A DNA stretch of 64,000 bases from Limnochordia bacterium (lineage in GTDB: Bacteria > Bacillota > Limnochordia > DTU080): positions 96,001 to 160,000 of the forward strand of contig JBMNJG010000005.1 in NCBI GenBank assembly GCA_050951545.1, written 5' to 3'. Position numbers and translations under genes: made by a program. The notes under the pieces were generated by a model. It saw nothing but the letters and a program-made list of their open reading frames with translations. It was not told where the DNA came from and made no database searches. Shown in pieces: positions 31,410 to 41,058 of this stretch (the stretch's first letter is position 1; the number at the start of each line of letters is the position of its first letter).

Positions 31410-32639
31410 CTACTCAGCGAGCACCTGATGGTGTACCTTCTTCCCCTTGCGAAGGACTAGCCTTCCCGACCGAAAATCGGCTGGCCCGATCACCTGTTCT
31501 GCCTGGATGACAGTCACATCGTTGACGTAGACGCCACCCTGATCTACGAGGCGCCGCCCCTCACTCTTGCTTGTGACAAGACCCGTTTTAAGCAGCAGGT
31601 CGACGACCGAGATTCCAGCGGAAACTTCCTTCTCGCTCAGTCGGGTGCTTGGCATTTGGCTGGATGATATCTCGCCGCCAGCAAATGCGGCCTCAGCAGC
31701 TTCCTGGGCTCCTTGGGCCGCCTCAGTGCCATGCACGATGCGAGTCACTTCGAAAGCAAGAACTCGTTTGGCCTCGTTGACCGCTCCTCCTTTCAACGAA
31801 CCCAGACGTTCTACCTCCTCCATAGGCAAGAAGGTCAACAAAGACAAGAGTCTCCTGACGTCTTCATCGGCTGTATTTCGCCAGTACTGGTAGAAATCGT
31901 AAGGACTCGTCTTCTTTGGATCCAGCCAAACAGCTCCGCTCTCCGTCTTGCCCATCTTCTTTCCAGTGCTTGTCGTCAGCAAAGAGAGTGTCAGACCGTA
32001 AACATCGGCGCCTTCCTTGCGACGAACGAGATCGACCCCGGCCAGAATGTTGGACCATTGGTCGTCTCCCCCCATCTCCAAGCGGCAACCGTACTTGCGG
32101 AACAGCGCGAGGTAGTCGTAGGCTTGCATGAGCATGTAGTTAAACTCCAAAAACGAGAGCCCACGCTCCAATCGGGCCTTGAAGCACTCGAAGCTCAGCA
32201 TGCGATTCACAGAGAAGTGCACGCCGATCTCACGGAGCACATCCACGTATTTCAAGTCCAAGAGCCAGTCTGCGTTGTCCACCATAAGAGCCTTGCCCGG
32301 ACCGAAATCCAAAAAACGCGAGAGCTGCTGTCGGAAACGCTCCCCATTGGCTCGGATTTCCTCCCGCGAAAGCATCGGTCGCATGTCGGTCTTGCCGCTT
32401 GGATCGCCCACCATGGTAGTACCACCACCCACCAGAGCAATGGGCCTGTGACCATGCCTTTGCATGTGCATCATAGCCATGATGGTCAGAAAATGACCGA
32501 CGTGCAAGCTGTCAGCGGTGCAGTCGAAACCAACATAGAAGGTGACTGGCGAGTTTCCAAGCAACTCCCGCAGCGGCTCATCATGTGTCACCTGGGCTAC
32601 GTAACCCCGCTCAAAAAGCACATCGAAAACGTTGCTCAT
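31410..32639 (-). CDS. tyrS: Tyrosine--tRNA ligase
   Basis: [28 protein letters not shown]-terminal S4 domain (RKGKK). Confidence 0.97.
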   Translation of the reverse strand: MSNVFDVLFERGYVAQVTHDEPLRELLGNSPVTFYVGFDCTADSLHVGHFLTIMAMMHMQRHGHRPIALVGGGTTMVGDPSGKTDMRPMLSREEIRANGERFRQQLSRFLDFGPGKALMVDNADWLLDLKYVDVLREIGVHFSVNRMLSFECFKARLERGLSFLEFNYMLMQAYDYLALFRKYGCRLEMGGDDQWSNILAGVDLVRRKEGADVYGLTLSLLTTSTGKKMGKTESGAVWLDPKKTSPYDFYQYWRNTADEDVRRLLSLLTFLPMEEVERLGSLKGGAVNEAKRVLAFEVTRIVHGTEAAQGAQEAAEAAFAGGEISSSQMPSTRLSEKEVSAGISVVDLLLKTGLVTSKSEGRRLVDQGGVYVNDVTVIQAEQVIGPADFRSGRLVLRKGKKVHHQVLAE

Positions 32640-32732
32640 AGCTATATGGCCTCCCCCGTGCATTGTTGTCTACATTAGCGCCCCTCATGTACCCGCTTGG
32701 ATGCGAGTATCCGAGCCCGCACGAAAACCCCA

Positions 32733-32980
32733 AAAAAGAAAACCCCATCGCAAGGACGAGGGGCTCGTGGTACCACCTTGACTTCACGCCGTATGGCGCC
32801 TCAGCCGGAAACATGCTTCCAGTCCGCTATAACGGGCGACCCGGCCTTGTCTACTCGAGTTCAACAGGCAGCTCCAGAAGGTAATTCGCCGTGTGCCGTG
32901 CTGCCGACCTCGCACCCGAGCGGCCGACTCTCTGAGGCTGTAACCGACACCAGCTACTTTGTTTCCATCATAGCCTTTCG
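32733..32980 (-). promoter_or_regulatory. T-box riboswitch (Tyr)
   Basis: Minus strand: AGTA, AGAGAG and GGTGCGA stem-I elements. Specifier GAAT-TAC at 32881-32883 (Tyr codon). T-box AAGGTGGTACCACG (32766-32779) followed by a terminator with a U-tract. Confidence 0.93.
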
Positions 32981-32984
32981 TTCA

Positions 32985-33012
32985 GAGTACCACATTAGCC
33001 AATGGCCTTCAA
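32985..33012 (-). promoter_or_regulatory. sigma-A promoter of the tyrS leader
   Basis: TTGAAG -35 and extended -10 TG-G-TACTCT immediately upstream of the T-box leader. Confidence 0.6.
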
Positions 33013-33050
33013 GCTCTGGAGGGAAGGTGGGTGCACACGTGAAATCGCGG

Positions 33051-33064
33051 CGAACACCCGTTCC
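33051..33064. promoter_or_regulatory. Putative LexA (SOS) box
   Basis: CGAAC-ACCC-GTTCC, a perfect GAAC-N4-GTTC core. Confidence 0.55.
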
Positions 33065-33621
33065 TAATCATGCTGCCTCCCGCCTCTCCCAGAAATCGTC
33101 CCACTGTTCACCGTGGGAGTATGCTGCAACGTTTGGCATCTGCTGTGCCCCAAGTTGGCTCCAACGCATTCCAGATTGCCTGTGGCGCCTAACAACAACC
33201 TGCTTACAGGCGCTTTCTACGCATCCGCTGCCAATGGGGTAGCCAGCGGCCTCCAGCCTCGGATAAAGGGTTCATCTCCTCCTGCGAAGGTGCCTCTTGA
33301 GTGCGTGTCAACCCACGAGTAAATCTTACCGAAGACCGTATGGCTCGCTCACCAAAGATCTAACCCAACGCTTGTCTAAGTTAGAGCAGGCATAGGCTCA
33401 CGACTACTGCTACGGACTCTCTGGGATGCATCGGTGGCCTCGGCCACCGATGCAGTTGGTGGGCCTTGGCCGATCAGTTGTTCAATCCTGTGGTGCATAG
33501 CCAGTGGGTTTAGCTCACGTTGCCGCTTCTGCACGATCGCCGGCGGCGGGTGGACGCGCACTAACATTGGCTGCACGGCTGATGTGAGCCCTGACGAAAC
33601 GGACAAGGCGACCCAGGGTGA

Positions 33622-34398
33622 TTACTCGTCTTGCTTTCTCTCAGATTGGCTGGCGGTTCCCCAGCCACGCTCATCTATTCTTTGCTGGTACTCACCGCAT
33701 CTACACTCGAGATAGTTGATGAGCCTCCGGTTGAAGTCCTGACCGCGCCGGAATGGCAGCCGCCTGTGAATCTTGCGCTCGATGATCTTGCAGGACAGCT
33801 CGTGAGCCTGAATCACGATCAGCTTGATCTTCTTCTTAGCGCAGATCTGCTGTTTGGTCTGGTCACGGCATTGCTGCTTATGGACCTGCTCAGCCGAATT
33901 CCCCTCAGTGACGCGGTAGTGTTGCGCCCCATTGAACTCCATGGCCGTATTGTGCAGGTAATAGAAGAGATCGACCTCCAGACGCTTGCCAGTTGCTGGG
34001 TTCCTCATGAAACCTGGGCGCATTCCGTCGTCGAAGTCAAGGCAATCGACAAGCGCCAAGAAGATAGCCTGCATGAGAGCCTCTCCGAGGTGCGTAGCGC
34101 GGTGGAGCTCATCCTGCACGTCTAGTATTTCTTTTACATTTCGCTTATCAACCGGGTTGTGGAGAGTGAAGCGAATCGGTGCCCGCTTGTGCGCCTGCTC
34201 CATCTCCAGCCAACCATGCTTGGCCAACTGACGAGCCGCGTGTTTGATGGTTTGGGGGCTCAGACTCATCCGGCCGGCTAACTCAGCGTATGTGAACTGC
34301 CTTTTGCGAGGTGGGTCCGTAGGTTTGGACAGCAGTAGGGCATAAACCAATTTGGCCTGTGCATGGATTTCAGTAGCCATGACTAGCTCGACAGGCAC
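33622..34398 (-). CDS. Winged-HTH + PD-(D/E)xK/Vsr-like nuclease domain protein (probable C-terminal part of a split gene)
   Basis: HTH region TYAELAGRMSLSPQTIKHAARQLAKHGWL. Nuclease-like GE...LEVDLFY...AMEFNGAQHY...RDQTKQQIC...KLIVI. Confidence 0.7.
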   Translation of the reverse strand: MPVELVMATEIHAQAKLVYALLLSKPTDPPRKRQFTYAELAGRMSLSPQTIKHAARQLAKHGWLEMEQAHKRAPIRFTLHNPVDKRNVKEILDVQDELHRATHLGEALMQAIFLALVDCLDFDDGMRPGFMRNPATGKRLEVDLFYYLHNTAMEFNGAQHYRVTEGNSAEQVHKQQCRDQTKQQICAKKKIKLIVIQAHELSCKIIERKIHRRLPFRRGQDFNRRLINYLECRCGEYQQRIDERGWGTASQSERKQDE

Positions 34399-34682
34399 GG
34401 AGACCCTGTCCGGGGATGGCTTCTGTGCCGCGGTCTGGCTAGGCCCCGCCTAGCCGGTGGAGCAAACCAGCCCTCGGTGGTTAACTTGGCTGTCGCCCTG
34501 CGAACGGTAGGCCGGGACATACCCGTGCGCCGCCCCAGGCGGCTGGGCGAGAAAAGGAAGCTTTCCTCCAGCTGATCATCCATCGTTAAGGCCATCCAAA
34601 CGATCTTCTCGCTGGCTTTTAGCTCGCGAGTCAGTAGCAGTGAGAGCGGCACGTTCACCTCATCTACATAGAGAGAGTACAA
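34383..34682 (-). CDS. Winged-HTH protein (probable N-terminal part of a split gene)
   Basis: VPLSLLLTRELKASEKIVWMAL...SPSRLGRRTGMSRPTVRRATAKLTTEGWF, paralogous to the HTH of the downstream ORF. GAGGTG RBS before TTG 34682. Confidence 0.65.
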   Translation of the reverse strand: MYSLYVDEVNVPLSLLLTRELKASEKIVWMALTMDDQLEESFLFSPSRLGRRTGMSRPTVRRATAKLTTEGWFAPPARRGLARPRHRSHPRTGSPCLSS

Positions 34683-34700
34683 GGGCCTCACCTCACACAA

Positions 34701-34735
34701 CGATCATGTGTTCGATTGTCTCGATGGGATGTTCG
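34701..34735. promoter_or_regulatory. Putative LexA box(es) upstream of the HTH-nuclease gene
   Basis: Minus strand CGAAC-ACAT-GATCG (34701-34714, one mismatch) and a weaker CGAAC-ATCC-CATCG (34722-34735). Confidence 0.45.
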
Positions 34736-34843
34736 GTACGTGAGGCCAGAATCCTTCCACAGCTTTCGCTGAAAACGCGCGCATTGCCGGCTAAGACCCG
34801 GTGGCCACCGGGAGTCGACAGCATTTCCCGCTCGGATCATCGG

Positions 34844-37038
34844 CTGAGTGGGAAAAGGCTATCGACACTGTTCGGTTATGTACCGCCCGGTAGCTCCAGA
34901 AGGGCCACCAAGGCGGGAAAGCGTGCCTCTTTTGGGGGGAAATGAGCCCTTCGGGCGGTCAAAATGAGCAAAAAGGGCTCCGCGAAGGCCGCATCGCTGC
35001 ACTTTTACCACGTACATTGGGCCCGGGGGTTAATGAGGCGGCTCTTTTGCCATCGCGGTCGGATTCTTGGCCCCGACTCACATACCAATCCGGGTGCATC
35101 TGTCCGACTACCGAGCGAGTCTCGCGAGCGTGTCCATTGATCCGTCCATTCTCTTCCAAATGCACCGACCGGGATAACACCGAAGGGTCGGTCCGCAGAG
35201 GGACCCGAGTGAGCCCGCCGTGATCGCGCACTGGGGAGCTGACCCCATCGGCTGAGTGGGAAAAAGGCTATCGCTCACCGTTCGGTTATGTACTGCCCGG
35301 CAGCCCCAGAAGCGGAACCAAGGCGGGAAAGCGCGCTCTTAGGCGGGGAAATGAGCCCTTCGGGCGGTCAAAATGAGCAAAAAGGGCTCCGCGAAGGCCG
35401 CATCGCTGCACTTTTACCACGTACATTGGCCCCGGGGGTTAATGGGGCGGCTCTTTTGCCATCGCGGTCGGATTCTTGGCCCCGACTCACGTACCAATCC
35501 GGGTACATCTGTTCGACTACCGAGCGAGTCTCGCGAGCGTGTCCATTGATCCGTCCATTCTCTTCCAAATGCACCGACCGGGGCAACACCGAAGGGTCGG
35601 TCCGCAGAGGGACCCGAGTGAGCCCGCCGTGATCGCGCACTGGGGAGCTGACCCCATCGACTGAGTGGGAAAAAGGCTACCGCCACCGTCCGGTTATGTA
35701 CCGCCCAGTAGCCCCAGAAGGGCCACCAAGGCGGGAAAGCGTGCCCTTAGGCGGGGAAATGAGCCCTTCGGGCGGTCAAAATGAGCAAAAAGGGCTTCGC
35801 GAAGGCCGCATCGCTGCACTTTTACCACGTACATTGGCCCCGGGGGCTAATGAGGCGGCTCTTTTGCCATCGCGGTCGGATTCTTGGCCCCGACTCGCAT
35901 GCCAATGCGGGTGAATCCCGTCCGACTACCGAGCGAGTCTCGCGAGCGCGTCCATTGCATCCGTCCACCTTTTTCGAAATACACCGACCGGGGCAACACC
36001 GAAGGGTCGGTCCGCAGAGGGACCCGAGTGAGCCCGCCGTGATCGCGCACTGGGGAGCTGACCCCATCGACTGAGTGGGAAAAGGCAGTCACTACCGTTC
36101 GGTTATGTGCCGCCCAGTAGCCCCAGAAGGGCCACCAAGGCGAGAAAGGTGCGCTCTTAGGCGGGGAAATGAGCCCTTCGGGCGGTCAAAATGAGCAAAA
36201 AGGGCTCCGCGAAGGCCGCATCGCTGCACTTTTACCACGTACATTGGCCCCGGGGGTTAATGAGGCGGCTCTTTTGCCATCGCCGTCGGATCTTGGCCCC
36301 TACTCACGTACCAATCCGGGTGCATCTGTCCGACTACCGAGCCAGTCTCGCGAGCGCGTCCATGCATCCGTCCATTCTCTTCCAAATGCACCGACCGGGA
36401 TAACAGTGAAGGGTCGGTTCGCAGAGGGACCCGAGCGAGCCCGCTGTGATCGCGCACTGGGGAGCTGACCCCATCGACTGAGTGGGAAAAAGGTACCGTC
36501 ACCATCCGGTTATGTACCGCCCAGTAGCCCCAGAAGGGCCACCAAGGCGGGAAAGCGCTCTCTTTTGGGGGGAAAAGAGCCCTTCGGGCGGTCAAAATCG
36601 GCAAAAAGGGCTCCGCGAAGGCCGCATCGCTGCACTTTTACCACGTACATTGGGCCCGGGGGTTAATGAGGCGGCTCTCTTGCCATCGCCGTCGGATCTT
36701 GGTCCCTACTCGCATGCCAATGCGGGTAAATCCCGTCCGACTACCGAGCCAGTCTCGCGAGCGCGTCCATGCATCCGTCCATTCTCTTCCAAATGCACCG
36801 ACCGGGTTAACACTGAAGGGTCGGTTCGCAGAGGGACCCGAGCGAGCCCGCTGTGATCGCGCACTGGGGAGCTGACCCCATCGACTGAGTGGGAAAAAGG
36901 TACCGTCACCATCCGGTTATGTACCGCCCAGTAGCCCCAGAAGGGCCACCAAGGCGAGAAAGCGTGCCCTTAGGCGGCGAAAAGCACCCTTCAGGCTGTC
37001 CAAACCAGCCAGAAGGGCTTCGCGAAGGCCGCATCGCT
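34844..37038. repeat. Tandem array of ~408-bp non-coding units (5 full + 1 partial)
   Basis: Anchor CTGAGTGGGAAAA at 34844, 35252, 35661, 36071, 36478 and 36885 (periods 408, 409, 410, 407, 407). Units are highly similar with scattered substitutions and indels. Confidence 0.97.
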
Positions 37039-37287
37039 AGGTTGTTACCACCAACCCAAGCGAACGCAGGGAGATTACCGCAGTTTTTGCGTGGCCCCAG
37101 GGAAGGTCCGTCGACTACCACCACCTATTAGTGTAGCCCCGATCCCGAAAAAAACACTGTGCCTACAGGTGTAAGAGTTTCCATGCGGAAATACCCTCAT
37201 AGTACGCGTATGTGACGATTCCAATGCACTGTCTGGCATCATCCGAGACCGGGCTACGCCACTAACGCTGTAGAAAGAAGGTAACAC

Positions 37288-38130
37288 TTGAGCATTCGCA
37301 TTGTGACCGACAGTTCCTGTGACCTCCCTGCTGAACTCGCCCAGGAGCTAGACATTGAGGTTGTGCCTCTAACCGTGATCATCGATGGCCAGGAGTACGT
37401 TGAGGGTGTGACCATGGATGCCTCGCGTTTTGCGCACGTGATGCGCAACAGCACGGAACTGCCCAAAACATCACAGCCGAGCCCGCATGCTTTTGCATCT
37501 GCCTTTGAGCGTGTGGCCACTACCGCGAATAAAGCTGCCGAGGTGCTGTGTATCACGCTTTCATCGAAGCTGTCTGGCACCTTCCAGTCGGCGTGCATGG
37601 CCCGCAAGTTCTTTCGAGGCACCGTGAATGTGATTGATTCGCGCTCGGGAACGCTCGGTCTGGGTCTCATGGCATTGGAAGCTAAACGCCTAGCCACCCT
37701 GGGACTCTCCCTTAGTGAGATCACAGAGAAGATCGAAGCCATGCGAGAGCAGATCTCCGTCTTCGTGAGCCTGGACACGCTGGAAAACGCGGTCAAGGGC
37801 GGCCGTGTGCGACGAGTCGAGGCCGCTGTGGCTCAGCTACTGCGCATGAAGATCTTTGTGCGCACCAAAGACGGTGAGGTAGTAGTCTGCGGAAAGGCAC
37901 GTGGACGCAAGAACATGCTTGCCGGTTTCCTCGAAGCGATGCAGACCAAGGCTGAAGATTACCGTGATCGTTTCGTAGGTATCACGCATGTTGATAACGT
38001 CGCCGATGCCCAAGTTCTAGCCGATGCGATTAGGCACCGCTTTAGCCCGGCCCGGATCATTATCGCTCCAATGGGCAGTACCATCGCTACCTATGCTGGA
38101 GTAGGAGCCTTGGCGCTGGCCTACTGGTAG
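37288..38130 (+). CDS. DegV family fatty acid-binding protein
   Basis: IVTDSSCDL, PKTSQPSP, LSSKLSGTFQSA, VIDS, KGGR. Confidence 0.95.
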   Translation: MSIRIVTDSSCDLPAELAQELDIEVVPLTVIIDGQEYVEGVTMDASRFAHVMRNSTELPKTSQPSPHAFASAFERVATTANKAAEVLCITLSSKLSGTFQSACMARKFFRGTVNVIDSRSGTLGLGLMALEAKRLATLGLSLSEITEKIEAMREQISVFVSLDTLENAVKGGRVRRVEAAVAQLLRMKIFVRTKDGEVVVCGKARGRKNMLAGFLEAMQTKAEDYRDRFVGITHVDNVADAQVLADAIRHRFSPARIIIAPMGSTIATYAGVGALALAYW

Positions 38131-38151
38131 CCGCCACGACTGACTTCACGC

Positions 38152-38173
38152 AGACCGCCCCTACGGGCGGTCT
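38152..38173. terminator. Hairpin between convergent genes
   Basis: AGACCGCCC-CTAC-GGGCGGTCT. Confidence 0.7.
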
Positions 38174-38194
38174 TCCATGTTCTAACCCAGCCAG

Positions 38195-38965
38195 CTATCT
38201 GCCAAAGTAAGAAGCCAGCCCATCACGAATCCCTTCGCCCGCCAGGGTATGGTACCACTCGCTACACAGGAGCTTCTCCTCGTCTGCATTAGACAAGAAA
38301 CCAAGCTCCACCAGGACCGCTGGCATGGGCGCCTCAACGACAACGTAAAAGCCCTTTCTAATCGCACCTACACTGCGGCCACCCAGACGGTTAACCAAAG
38401 CATCTTGCACGCATTGCGCCAACCTGGGAGAGCCCCAGTAGTAGGTAGTTGTACCTGTGAGAGCGGGATTGGGGTTCCAATCATTGTGGATGCTGATGAA
38501 TACATCGGCCTTGGCCTGGGCCGCAATCCGAACCCGCTGCTGCAATCGATCAGACAGGGCCGCGCCCTGATCCAGCAACTCCAGATTGGGCTCATGATCG
38601 CCCTCCCGTGTGAGCACCACTCTCACACCCACCTCCTCCAATACTCGCTTGATGGCCAGGGCAGCGGCCAATGCATTGTCCTTCTCACGACTGCCGGCAA
38701 CTCCAATAGCCCCGGTTTCGGTCCCTCCGTGGCCCGGATCAATGGCCACGACCTTCCCCGATAGCACACGTGCCTGAGCCGCAATAGTGGCTGCTGGTGC
38801 GCGAGTAGAGGGTGATGCTTCCATGTCTGATACATCCGACTGCGCCTGGTCAGCGGGTACCGGAACAGACAGTTCGTCAACAGGCACGCCTGCCTGCAAT
38901 AGCGCGTACCAGATGAGAAGGAGGGCCAAGACTTTGGTTATGTTGCCCGGTTGTATGATGCCCAA
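38195..38965 (-). CDS. N-acetylmuramoyl-L-alanine amidase (Amidase_3)
   Basis: IDPGHGG, EK, VLTR, FISIHND, PAVLVELGFLSN. N-terminal signal/TM segment. Confidence 0.93.
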   Translation of the reverse strand: MGIIQPGNITKVLALLLIWYALLQAGVPVDELSVPVPADQAQSDVSDMEASPSTRAPAATIAAQARVLSGKVVAIDPGHGGTETGAIGVAGSREKDNALAAALAIKRVLEEVGVRVVLTREGDHEPNLELLDQGAALSDRLQQRVRIAAQAKADVFISIHNDWNPNPALTGTTTYYWGSPRLAQCVQDALVNRLGGRSVGAIRKGFYVVVEAPMPAVLVELGFLSNADEEKLLCSEWYHTLAGEGIRDGLASYFGR

Positions 38966-39253
38966 GCTACTGGTCCTTTCCGCAGATCAACTGCAGCGAT
39001 GCTTCCGAGTAACACAACCGTTTGCGGAAACCACCATCATCCCCTACATGCAAACAACCCCGGCTGAGGAAGCAAATGCCTGGGCTGCCTGGTTAAGGTG
39101 CTCTGCATCACATTCACAAGCTTTCCCTGAGAAAGGTAGAAGCGCTGGTAAGGGGAGCACCAAGGCCGCCGGGCGCTCACACCAGAGCAAATGGAAGGTC
39201 GGGGATCATGATTCAACGGGCTCAGAAAATGGATACTTCGGGGCTTGTCTGGG

Positions 39254-40183
39254 TTACTCAGGCTCTGAAGCCCGAGACTGGCGAGAGGTGGGACGCGCGA
39301 GAACCTCAAAGCCTTCGCCCAAGACACTGCGAACATCCGAGATGATAACGAACGAGTGAGGATCCACCTCTGCCACCAGATCCGTCAGTTGCCTCAGCTC
39401 GCCCCGACTAACCACCACTAGCAGAAGACAACGCCCCTCTTGTGTATACATTCCCTTGCCTGCCAGTGCCGTAACGCCTCGACCTAACCGCACGAATACG
39501 GCTTCGCTCACGGCGGAGGCCTTGGCTGACTCGGTGACTACGAGCGCTTGACGTGCATAGGGAATCCCCTCTAGAACCACGTCAATCACGAAGCTAGCGG
39601 CAATAAGCGACATCAGACCATAGAGGGCTAGCTCGGGACTGAAAGCCAAGGCGGCAAGCAGCAGCACAACACCATCAGCCATGAGCAGGTAGGTACCGAA
39701 CCCCTGGCGTCCTGAGCGATGCTGCAGTAGCGAGGCAGCAACGTCCGTACCCCCAGTAGAACCCCCGCTGCGAAAGCAAAGACCCATCCCCACCCCTGAC
39801 AGCAGACCGCCGGAGATAGCCGCTAAGAGCGGATCACGCGTCAGAGGATGTACCAAAGGGGCTAAGGTATCGATGAACAGACTGACAAGCGACGCCCCGA
39901 GCACGGTCTTGATAGCCATGCGCCAACCAAGCATGATCACCGCCAACACGAGCAGAGGCACGTTAAGCGCCATGCTCACAGCACCAACTGGCAATCCCAC
40001 CCAGTGAAAGACGATCGTTGCCAGCCCGCTTACGCCTCCCGCAGCAATTCGATTGGGCACCAAGAACCAGTCAAGGGCTAAGGCTACAAGCAACGCCCCA
40101 AACACAATGAAGAACACATCCTGTAGGACTCTCGCCAAGCGTCTTAGCAAGGAACTCACCCCTTTCGTCCGCTTCTCCACCAT
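39254..40183 (-). CDS. YitT family membrane protein
   Basis: AAGGVSGLA, LNVPLL, GGSTGGTD, GRGVT..GKGMYT, VDPHSFVII..V..VLGEGF. Confidence 0.93.
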   Translation of the reverse strand: MVEKRTKGVSSLLRRLARVLQDVFFIVFGALLVALALDWFLVPNRIAAGGVSGLATIVFHWVGLPVGAVSMALNVPLLVLAVIMLGWRMAIKTVLGASLVSLFIDTLAPLVHPLTRDPLLAAISGGLLSGVGMGLCFRSGGSTGGTDVAASLLQHRSGRQGFGTYLLMADGVVLLLAALAFSPELALYGLMSLIAASFVIDVVLEGIPYARQALVVTESAKASAVSEAVFVRLGRGVTALAGKGMYTQEGRCLLLVVVSRGELRQLTDLVAEVDPHSFVIISDVRSVLGEGFEVLARPTSRQSRASEPE

Positions 40184-40224
40184 TTCGCCAATCCTCTCCC
40201 GGGGCCTATCGACGCAGACGTCCC

Positions 40225-40845
40225 TCATTTGAACCTTCTCGGGCGCCCCTGCGCAGACTCCATACGACGAACATAGGCGCGCACACCGAAATAGAAGGGG
40301 ATCCATGATAGCTTCCACCAGGCCTTCCCCCGGCGTTGCCTCTTCTGTTGACGGGCAATCAAACTTAATCGTTCAGCGCGCCGTTCGTAGGCTAGACCAT
40401 GGTAGATGGCGATCAGGGCGCAGAATCGCAACGTATGCGACAGTAACGAGGCGGTCGCTGTCTGAAGGCTGAGATGAGCATAGCCCCACACCGCAGCCAG
40501 CACATCGGAGACCAGTGCCGCCAGAGCCCATACCACAGCGATTGGCAGCTGCAGAGAAGACTGCTTAGGCAAGTACTGAAGAAACAGTGTGCCTTCCACA
40601 AAGCGGGGCCCGGCGAACGTGACGAGACCGACGCCCACGAGTTTGGCTACGATCACATCCGCATTCCAGAAGTTGAGATGACGTCGAATGACCAGCTCAA
40701 TGGCTATAGCTATGGCAACACTCCATAGACCACCGCTGTAGAACAGTCCAAAAGCTCGCCACCCTGAAGCCAAAAAAAGACTCCCCCAGGTCAGAAGCAG
40801 CGTGCTCACCCACCACCACCCCGACCCCATGGCCATTGTGTGCAC
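40225..40845 (-). CDS. Hypothetical membrane protein
   Basis: About 5 hydrophobic segments and a basic C-terminus. No recognised motif. Confidence 0.6.
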   Translation of the reverse strand: MHTMAMGSGWWWVSTLLLTWGSLFLASGWRAFGLFYSGGLWSVAIAIAIELVIRRHLNFWNADVIVAKLVGVGLVTFAGPRFVEGTLFLQYLPKQSSLQLPIAVVWALAALVSDVLAAVWGYAHLSLQTATASLLSHTLRFCALIAIYHGLAYERRAERLSLIARQQKRQRRGKAWWKLSWIPFYFGVRAYVRRMESAQGRPRRFK

Positions 40846-41058
40846 CCCCTAAGTTCGCCAGGCACAAGCCCTCTTCCGCCATTTTATCCCGCTAGCGTAT
40901 CCCCTAGCCAGAATGCACAGCAACAACGAGAGATGCTTCACGTTTATGGGACAGCGGAAGAACGTACCAAGAAGGAAATCACCTACGTGGTGCAAAAGGT
41001 AGATAGACATCTCAGAGGCTCTGAAACCGTAGGCGGATGGGAAAGGGGACACGCTGTC

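Noticed and set aside
31713-32678. 321-aa plus-strand ORF
   Set aside because: It is an antisense shadow of tyrS, as expected in GC-rich coding sequence.
32697-33242. 181-aa ORF upstream of tyrS
   Set aside because: It overlaps the T-box leader and promoter on the opposite strand.
34844-37038. CRISPR array
   Set aside because: Units are ~408 bp and similar along their whole length. There is no short repeat/unique spacer alternation and no cas gene in the window.
34942-37131. Short repeated ORFs inside the array as real proteins
   Set aside because: Indels change frames between units, the ORFs differ in length, and they lack recognisable domains or consistent RBSs.
38970-39250. 6S RNA or riboswitch upstream of the amidase
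   Set aside because: I could not identify a recognisable consensus or a convincing long stem.
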